Under the pieces are notes generated by a model that searched no databases, was not told the DNA's origin, and worked only from the letters and a program-made list of their open reading frames with translations. The translations under genes were made by a program, and so were the position numbers. This document shows positions 55,790 through 64,000 of a stretch of DNA of 64,000 bases, piece by piece; position 1 is the first letter of the stretch, and every line of letters begins with the position of its first letter. The stretch comes from Macrostomum lignano (taxonomy: Eukaryota): assembly GCA_002269645.1 (NCBI GenBank), contig NIVC01003212.1, positions 1 to 64,000 of the forward strand, written 5' to 3'.

Positions 55790-56733
55790 GACCCTGCAAA
55801 ACTGCCACAGGCACAGCTTGTCCCTGACTGACCCTGCAAAACTGCCGCAGGCACAGCTTGTCCCTGACTGACCCTGCAAAACTGCCGCAGGCACAGCTTG
55901 TCCCTGACTGACCCTGCAAAACTGCCACAGGCACAGCTTGTCCCTGACTGACCCTGCAAAACTGCCGCAGGCACAGCTTGTCCCTGACTGACCCTGCAAA
56001 ACTGCCGCAGGCACAGCTTGTCCCTGACTGACCCTGCAAAACTGCCACAGGCACAGCTTGTCCCTGACTGACCCTGCAAAACTGCCGCAGGCACAGCTTG
56101 TCCCTGACTGACCCTGCAAAACTGCCACAGGCACAGCTTGTCCCTGACTGACCCTGCAAAACTGCCACAGGCACAGCTTGTCCCTGACTGACCCTGCAAA
56201 ACTGCCGCAGGCACAGCTTGTCCCTGACTGACCCTGCAAAACTGCCACAGGCACAGCTTGTCCCTGACTGACCCTGCAAAACTGCCGCAGGCACAGCTTG
56301 TCCCTGACTGACCCTGCAAAACTGCCGCAGGCACAGCTTGTCCCTGACTGACCCTGCAAAACTGCCGCAGGCACAGCTTGTCCCTGACTGACCCTGCAAA
56401 ACTGCCGCAGGCACAGCTTGTCCCTGACTGACCCTGCAAAACTGCCGCATGCACAGCTTGTCCCTGACTGACCCTGCAAAACTGCCGCAGGCACAGCTTG
56501 TCCCTGACTGACCCTGCAAAACTGCCGCATGCACAGCTTGGCCCTGACTGACCCTGCAAAACTGCCGCAGGCACAGCTTAGCTCTGACTGACCCTGCAAA
56601 ACTGCCGCATGCACAGCTTGTCCTTGACTGACCCTGCAAAACTGCCGCATGCACAGCTTGGCCCTGACTGACCCTGCAAAACTGCCGCATGCACAGCTTA
56701 GCTCTGACTGACCCTGCAAAACTGCCGCAGGCA
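55790..56733. repeat. Near-perfect minisatellite, 40-bp unit (gcaggcacagcttgtccctgactgaccctgcaaaactgcc), ~23 copies
   Basis: Visible; explains the three overlapping minus-strand ORFs. Confidence 0.97.
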
Positions 56734-57136
56734 CCATAGACATTTTCCCTAACTTAGTGGAATTCGCAGTTTTCCCATAACGCAGCTCATAAAACACCAA
56801 GGAGAGCCATTCCACTGCTATCTAATGCATCAAAGATTACTCTTTCAGCTGACTGTTGGTTGGGGGGATGCAACAGTGGCCAATAGGGCCTAAACCATCC
56901 CCATACCCAACTAGCAGGTCTTGTACTATACTCGTAATCACGATCTTGGTGCAATTCTGTATATTTTTTTAATTCTTCAGTCTTTTGTATCTCAGACACT
57001 GAATCCTCAGCACGTCCCTGCCAATTAAACTTTCGCTGCATGGCCCCTGGCTCCTAACTATTGGTCTTATATTTTGCTACGTATTGAAAAAATTCACAGC
57101 TTCCGATTTCAATCCTTTTTAACGGTTTTTGGCTAG

Positions 57137-57592
57137 ATTCCTTAGTAACCGTAGCGTCCTTAGTAACTGGCTATTTTTAGGAAATGAAAGTGTCTTTGCA
57201 ACTGTTTTTTTTTACTTTTAAGCATTCTTGACAATATATTATTGGCTTTACAGCTTCCTTAGCAACCGTTTTGGAGCTTCCTTAGCAACAGTCTACTTGT
57301 AGGTTCCTTATCAATCATTTATGTAGGTCTCTTAGCAACAAATTATGTAGGTTCCTTAGCAACCAGCAACCATTATGTAGGTTCCTTAGCAACCATTATG
57401 TAGGTTCCTTAGCAACCATTATGTAGGTTCTTTAGCAACCATTATGTAGGTTCCTTAGCAACAATTTATGTAGGTTCCTTAGCAACAATCAGTATAGCTT
57501 ATTTAGCAACTGTTTATCTATTTTTCCATAGCAACAATTTATACATGCAGCGTCCTAGGCTGTTCTAATTTACTTGTAGCGTCCTTAGCAAC
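57137..57592. repeat. Cluster and 23-bp tandem repeat of gttccttagcaac-like motifs (~14 copies) upstream of OSTM1
   Basis: Motifs at 57137, 57155, 57254, 57277, 57327, 57351, 57381, 57404, 57427, 57450, 57474, 57498, 57523, 57580. Confidence 0.85.
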
Positions 57593-57772
57593 CTTATTTA
57601 GCTTTTTTGTTAATAAATGTGATAAATGTCGACAAAAATTCCTCAAGAAGCCTCTATCTAGAAATTCGTGGAATTCCTGAAAAATACATCTTACATGTAC
57701 TATATATGCATTACAATTTCAGTAGCGTCTCACTTATACAAGACTGATTTTCAGCATCCTCAGCTTCATCAA

Positions 57773-59321
57773 ATGGAGCAACTATTTCTGTTCCTGCCGC
57801 TACTACTACTAGCCGCTCCTCAGTTGTCCCTGTCCCAGCTTCAGGCGGAGCTGACCGACAGCTGCTTGGCCTATCAGCGCCAGCTAGCGGCCTTGGCAGC
57901 CAACCTCGCCGAGTGCTCGGCCGAGGCGGCTCGCCCGTTCGCCCTGTGCCACAGATGCGCCGAGGCCTACGCTAGCTGGACTAGGCTGATGAGAGAGCTG
58001 GCCGAATATGAGCAGTGCTCTGAGTACCTGCTGCAGTCAGACAGCGTGCAGGTTGGTCCGACTGGCTCTACTGATGATCATGTAGCTCATTATTTTGTCT
58101 TGTGTGGTCAAACACAGCATCCGCTGTAATATCTACTAACGTGCTGCAATGCTGTCACATCACATCAGTCTATCACAAGCTTATCTCTGCATCTCTGTCT
58201 ATCACAAACCTACTGCAATATCTCCCTCAAACCCACCGCAATATCTCCCTCAAACCTACTGCAATATCTCCCTCAAACCCACCGCAATATCTCCCTCAAA
58301 CCTACTGCAATATCTCCCTCAAACCTACTGCAATATCATCCTCAAATCCACCGCAATATCTCCCTCAAACCTACTGCAATATCATCCTCAAATCCACCGC
58401 AATATCTCACTCAAACCTACTGCAATATCTCCCTCAAACCCACCGCAATATCTCCCTCAAACCTACTGCAATATCTCCCTCAAACCTACTGCAATATCTC
58501 CCTCAAACCTACGCAATATCTCCCTCAAACCTACGCAATATCTCCCTCAAACCTACTGCAATATCTCCCTCAAACCTACTGCAATATCTCCCTCAAACCT
58601 ACTGCAATATCATCCTCAAACCTACTGCAATATCTCCCTCAAACCTACTGCAATATCTCCCTCAAACCCACCGCAATATCCCCTTCAATCTAATCAAAAT
58701 ATCTTCATCAAACCTACTCCAGTGCCTTATTAGTAAGCCAAGCTGTCTCCCCCGTCACCCCAGACGCTCCTACGCACTCGAGACTTTGCGGACTCGCTGT
58801 GGAAGGCGGGCGGCTGCAAATACTGTCTAACGGAGTCGGGTGGGCCCGGCAACGCCTCCAGCTGGTCCTACCAGCCTGACGTGGCGGAATTCCTGCGCCA
58901 CGTTGACCAGCTGCGGGCCTGCTTTGCTAACTACACTCAGTCGCTGATCCTGCCGGTAGTTAGTAAGGCCAGCAGCAGCTCAAACTTGTCTCGTGAAGTC
59001 TGCCGCGGCTGCAAGTCCATCTACCGCGAGCTGAACGAGCGCTTCAAACTACTCGGCCACGATCAGCAGCAGTGCATGGACGCCGTAGACGCTCTAAACG
59101 TCTCCCGGCGAGCCTGGGGCGAGACGTTGCAATGCGATCCTCAGGGCATCAGCCTGCAGCCCGTGCCGCTAATTGTGGCCACCTACCTGGTTGCCGCTCT
59201 GTTCTACATTGGCGCCAGTAGCCAGAAGGTCATTAAAAACCGGCGACTATTGCGCCAGAAACGAGTGCCGCCAAGCAGTCCGACCGCCAGCCAGTCTCTG
59301 CAGGGCAGCGTCGGTGCTTAA
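57773..59321 (+). CDS. OSTM1: Osteopetrosis-associated transmembrane protein 1 (ClC-7 beta subunit); exons 57773-58051, 58764-59321; 278 aa
   Basis: Signal peptide; C..ARPFALCHRC; C...LLQSDSVQ; W...GCKYC; EVCRGCK; QCMDAVDALNVSRRAW...C; single TM helix, then basic tail RRLLRQKR. Cysteine pattern as in OSTM1. Phase-0 GT-AG intron. Confidence 0.92.
58205..58720. repeat. Minisatellite, 23-bp unit (caatatctccctcaaacctactg), OSTM1 intron
   Basis: Visible, ~22 units. Confidence 0.95.
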
Positions 59322-59439
59322 ATAAATCGCAATTTTGTTATAATCACAGGTTTCATTTCTTGCCTGCTGATTGTTCATTTGGTGTCCAGAATTGACTTGA
59401 TAGTGCACTTAATTTTCCCTACCTCATCCACAAGCCGGA

Positions 59440-59830
59440 ATGTACATTTGACTTCTCCCTTCCTTATCTGGAATGTACATTTAGCCTCTCCCTTCCTTAC
59501 CCGGAGTGTACATTTGGCTTCTCCCTTCCTTATCCGGAATGTACATTTAGCTTCTTCCTTCCTTACCCGGAATTTACATTTAGCTTCTTCCTTCCTTACC
59601 CTTACCCGGAGTGTACATTTGGCTTCTTCCTTCCTTACCTAGAATGTACATTTAGCTTCTCCTTCCTTACCCGGAGTGTACATTTAGCTTCTCCTTCCTT
59701 ACCCGGAGTGTACATTTAGCTTCTCCCTTCCTTACCCGGAATGTACATTTAGCTTCTCTCCCTTCCTTACCCGGAATGTACATTTAGCTTCTCCTTCCTT
59801 ACCCGGAATGTACATTTAGCTTTTCCCTTC
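59440..59830. repeat. Minisatellite, 32-33-bp unit (ggaatgtacatttagcttctcccttccttaccc)
   Basis: Visible, ~12 units. Confidence 0.93.
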
Positions 59831-61004
59831 CACTCCAAAGCTCAAAGTACATTTATTCCCACTTTTTACCCTAAAATTACATTTGGCTTCCATATCGTAC
59901 CATGTCCATTGTAACACGAACCACTGAACCATGAGTAAATACAGTATTAACTACTTGATCAGCAATAAACAATTATAAGCACTCAAAAAGCGCCCAAAGC
60001 AATCAATCTCCACATGCATATTGTTAATCATATCCAGAAGTACACTGCAATCTTTCAGTAGTTATTGTTGTGTACTTTTGTTTATTTTTTACTTTTTATA
60101 CTCTTCAAGTAAATTTCTCTCGTTAGCTGCATTCCACAAACAATTATGCAAACATTACCTTTATTTCTTATCGGTGAACTTGATAATTATAATGATTAAA
60201 GTTATATTTCTTATCGAGCCAATTTATTGTTTTCTGAAATCAGTTTTTTCCACTGTGCACTAAAATTCAGTTTTAATCAAGTATTTTGTTTGAGTGTTTT
60301 TTACCTGTCATTTTGAGTTCATTGCTATTCTGATTCTATTGTAGAAAAGTGTCTATTTTTGTAACTTGTTTCTTCACAATACAAATTCTATGGATAGTTA
60401 TTTTTTTTTAGTAAACTTCCCAGTAACATGATTGAAACAATGTGAAAAAAGTTTTGTTTTCACGTAAAAACAAGGTTATTTCAGTACAGATAACATTAAA
60501 ATTTGATAAATATTGTTCAGTAATATTTTTGCAGTTTATATATAATATAAAATTTGATAAATATTGTTCAGTAATATTTTTGCAGTTTATATATAATATT
60601 AATTAGAATATTTTAATGAATAGTTTAGTTAGCTGATTACGTTTTTAAGTACATGAAAAAAAGAAACCAAAAAAATTGAGGAAATTGGGAGAAAAAACAT
60701 TCACTTTAAGCAGTCTGACAGAATCAATTATGTACACTGAACTTTGTGTACACTAAATCATTGGCTAATGTACATTACAACAAGAGCATGAATGTACACT
60801 GATTTTTGTTCCGCTCATCCTCGGGCGGGGGTTACCCCAGGAGCCTAGGAGCATCAATGTACATGTACATTGAATTTCATCCCTCTCTGGCGGACTGTAC
60901 GCACGATAGGTTAAGCCAGTTAGTGCCGATTTACTTGTAAGTTAGTAGGGCACCCGGTAATCTCATTGCAGTTAATCTGTTAAGCTTCTTACGCACCAGC
61001 ATAA

Positions 61005-61307
61005 TCAAATATTGATGACAAATGACGCATTTCGGCCAGTTTGCCTGTCTTCGAATCGCAGGTTTACTCGGCTAGGAACATTGGCCGAGGTGATGGCCAC
61101 ACGGTTGTCGTAGAGCGCATTCGACTGTAGAATGATGCCCAGGGTGCCTGGCGTGTGAAGTGAACCATTTGGATTAATTTAAAGCATTCTGTTCTATAAT
61201 TACTGTTAAATGGCATGTAATTACTCACCAATTATGCAAGCAGCTGTGAATATCCACAGGAATAATCTGTCCAACACTGTGGCTACAAATTTCCAGTCTT
61301 CACGAAC
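61005..61307 (-). CDS. Nicotinic acetylcholine receptor (Cys-loop) subunit, last two exons 61307-61229 and 61147-61005; remainder lies beyond 64000
   Basis: Spliced translation [43 protein letters not shown]...INI*: the classic [18 protein letters not shown] M4 signature. ttttcag acceptor, gtgagt donor, phase-1 intron. Not in the supplied ORF track. Subunit identity cannot be assigned. Confidence 0.92.
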
Positions 61308-61399
61308 CTGAAAATTACAATGAACGAATTTAATAGAAGTTGGTGGAATTTTGATAGCGAAACTTGACGCAGCAGTCTATATAGCTAAACTTAAGCTTT

Positions 61400-61612
61400 C
61401 CGTGCACCCACCTTACTACCTGGCTCTCCATGCACCCACCTCACTCCCTAGCTCTCCGTACACCCACCTCACTCCCTGGCTTTAAGTTGCAACCATCTCA
61501 CTCCCTGGCTCTAAATTGGATCCACCTCACTCCCTGATTCTAAAATGCACCGCACCCACCTTAATTGCATCCATCCCCTTCCCTGGCTTTAAGTTGCACT
61601 CAACTCACTCCC
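61400..61612. repeat. Degenerate ~28-bp repeat (gcacccacctcactccctggct)
   Basis: About 6-7 units. Confidence 0.75.
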
Positions 61613-61661
61613 TCGACCCTTTTCAAAACACTTAATTTTTTACCGGTATTAAATGTCCACT

Positions 61662-63882
61662 TGATGTAACCACGCTCTGGTCGCGGGATAGGGCATGGGA
61701 ACTTTTTCGAAAGTGCCTCCTATCCCGTGCACCTCCCCTGCACAGAGCTGTCGAGACTCGGCCAGGCCTCCGGCCAGGCCTGGAGACTCCCGCTCTGCTG
61801 CACCCTCCTGCTGCCTTGGCTCCGTCTCCCCTGCCGCCACACCTGCCTTTCCGGAGCTCCCTATCCCTCTCTGTACCCCCCCTCTACCTTATCTCCCCTG
61901 CGCTCCACCCTAGTCTTCTTGTACTTTCCCTATCCCCCCTCTTTTTGTCTCTCTCTGCACTATTTTCCTGCGCTGTCCCCTCTTTCTCTGAGTCTACTTA
62001 CAGTATTTTGTGTGCTCACCGACCTCCCATCCTTTCCCAAACTCCCAAACGGTGACGCAAGTCGTGTGACCCCTTCTTCCCCTCGATGACTCATCGATGA
62101 CTCATCCCCCTCTCTTGCGCAACCTTTTCTCATGCTATTGTTCTCCTCCCCAAATTTCTCATGCGACACCCACCCCACCTCCGCTTCTATTGTTCTCGTT
62201 TTTGATTCTTTTGTTCTCTCGACCCCCTCCAATTATCACATTTTCTCCGATTTTCTCTTTCTTTTGTTCTCGTTTTCGCACCTAATTATCACCTTTTCCC
62301 CAATGTTTGCTTTTCTATTGTTCTCGATTCTCCCCAATTATCCTCGATTTTTAAATCCTTTGTTATCGACCCCAACCCCATTGTTCTCCATGTTTGCTTG
62401 CGCAACACTTTCGCGACCACCCGCTGCGCCAATTATCCCCCACCCCACCTCCGGATTGCGCAATTTCCCTATTTCTCATGTTGCTATGCCGGTCTCATGT
62501 TTCTCATCATGACTCATTCTGACGTCATTCGGCCGGCAGCCAATCAGAGAGAGGGAGTCATGGAAACGACCTTGGAGCGGCGGCTGGGAAGGCTATAAAA
62601 GGAAGCGGTTTTCGGCATGAGAATCTTCAACTTTTGCCCACCTTCGGGCTCCTAGTCTTTCTTTAGACTTGCCGTCAGACTGAGTTCTGACCCATTCGAC
62701 TATAAGACGAATCCCTGCCGGTCCGCGGTCTGTTACCGCCAAGTTATCTTCAGCTCCCCAAGTGAGCTCGCCTATCGGCCAGCGGTCTGACACCGCCCAG
62801 CATCATCAGCTTCGCCTGATCTACACCAGCGCCTCGTCGCCTCAGCGCATCGCCGCTTCACTGTCTGCCTGACTGCAGCCTACAGCCGCCCTCGGTCACT
62901 CCGCCTCTCTCTCTCTCTCTCTGTGCAGCTGCCGGTAAGTTCCTATTATTGATTTGTGCTCTAATTGCCTTTGCTTATCCGGAGTTTGCCTATTTTTCCA
63001 TTGTCTGATTAGAGAGCTGAGCCAGTTGTAATACCGTACCTTTTGCTGTATTTTTACTCAATAGTGAAGCCGCCTAATTGCCTGATTATTTGCCTAAGGG
63101 CCTAATTATTAACTATTAACTAACCTCATCATTATTCACTCTTTCACCATCATTTCACTCATGGCTTGCTAAGCCTTTCTCCCGGGGTGGCAAAGCATAG
63201 GGAAGTTTGGGTAAGCTAATGGCCTCTCCCCGTGCAAAGCCCGCCTGTGATTGCGCGCTGCGGGGCCGTGTGTGCGTGCAGTAGAGGGATTAGCGAGTCT
63301 TGGCACAGAATGGCAGTAGGAAGGTTGCAACCCCATGCTGACGCGTCCCTTCGCCCTGAGCAATCTAAACTATAGACAGTACATGTTCGCCTCATACTAC
63401 TCTTAGTAATCAAAGTCGCAAGTCAGCCTCGCTCACAGCCACAAAGGATCCCCTGCTGAGAAATCCTCCAGATTGAGCCCAGAGTTCCCGATCATGCCCC
63501 AAGCAGAGTCCCTGTACTCGGCTGCATGTGTCTCCCCTGTTAGCCTAAATCCCCTGGTAACCAATCCAGGTGGGGCTCTAGCCTCGAGAGGTCTGGTAGA
63601 AAGATCCAGGTGCGCCAGGTCACATAGAGTGGTGGCAGCCACTCGGTCATACCATGACCGAGTGACCAACTATTGCACCTTGGCTACAGGTGGGGTCCAT
63701 GTGGGTCCTTGGCCCTCTGGTCACAAAGCGCTACCAAAGCTATCAATCATGTGGGCGGGACAGTCTGGTGCTGGAGGTCCGTCAGGTCATTGCCCGGTCA
63801 TAGGCAGCCTACGGTCATTGCCCCCTCTAGTCATGCGTTCGTCTCTCTACGGAGCGGACAGGCGACAAGGGCGGTTACATCA
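61662..63882 (+). mobile_element. Probable solo LTR (Ty3/Gypsy-like), 2,221 bp, inside a receptor-gene intron
   Basis: Ends TGATGTAACC (61662-61671) and GGTTACATCA (63873-63882) form a perfect 10-bp inverted repeat with TG..CA termini, flanked by identical CACT (61658-61661; 63883-63886). Internal promoter motifs; no RT, integrase or transposase ORF. Confidence 0.75.
62510..62600 (+). promoter_or_regulatory. Pol II promoter module inside the LTR-like element: AP-1, CRE, CCAAT, TATA
   Basis: tgactca 62510-62516, tgacgtca 62520-62527, ccaat 62540-62544, tataaaa 62594-62600, in canonical order and spacing. Confidence 0.65.
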
Positions 63883-64000
63883 CACTCTAAATTTGGCGTT
63901 TCGAAGTTTCGTTATAAAAATATAATAGCTCGATTTTCTCAGATTGCTCAGACTCAGCAGCGGCAGTCAACAAAAGGCTCTCACGCTCTGATTCTCGTCA

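Noticed and set aside
55724-56815. Three overlapping Cys-rich minus-strand ORFs
   Set aside because: A 40-bp repeat cycling through all frames; artefact.
59440-59830. Pumilio-element array in the OSTM1 3' UTR
   Set aside because: The motif is UGUACAUU rather than UGUANAUA, and an AATAAA overlaps the OSTM1 stop (~59321), so the array probably lies outside the mRNA.
60490-60600. ~52-bp perfect tandem duplication
   Set aside because: Ordinary two-copy slippage in AT-rich intergenic or UTR DNA.
63887-63910. Primer-binding site (tggcg) after the LTR, implying a full-length element
   Set aside because: It lies beyond the matching CACT TSD and is not complementary to a normal tRNA 3' end; a solo LTR fits better.

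Overview
Eukaryotic (animal) genomic DNA, not prokaryotic: GC-rich spliced exons separated by introns packed with mini- and microsatellites. The style (poly-Q/G/A-rich exons, a private minisatellite in most introns) is most consistent with a flatworm such as Macrostomum, but that is an inference. By joining GT-AG exons in phase I can reconstruct: an LRRIQ1-like IQ-motif gene (-, 5' part, 4548 to <1, with two apparent 1-bp indels); a complete SDA1/SDAD1 gene (+, 6106-13817, 7 exons, 724 aa); a DLG5 MAGUK (+, 17373-49296, 8 exons, ~1768 aa; first exon less certain); PDCD2L (+, 52794-54316); an orphan ~130-aa ORF (+, 55137-55529); OSTM1 (+, 57773-59321); and the last two exons of a nicotinic acetylcholine receptor subunit (-, 61307-61005). 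Mobile DNA comprises a decayed mariner, a foldback/MITE-like element, a tRNA-derived SINE family (about 6 copies or fragments), an unclassified ~300-bp dispersed repeat (2 copies) and a 2,221-bp TG..CA element with 10-bp terminal inverted repeats and a CACT target-site duplication (probable solo LTR) carrying an intact-looking promoter antisense to the receptor gene. Almost all long ORFs in the supplied track are artefacts of tandem repeats. I see no clearly new multi-gene system. The best leads are the solo LTR promoter, two tandem clusters of RFX X-box-like motifs directly upstream of genes, a sharply bounded CpG desert in SDA1 intron 1, an intron built as a conserved 17-bp motif separated by divergent spacers, and a minisatellite family that appears to have moved between two genes.
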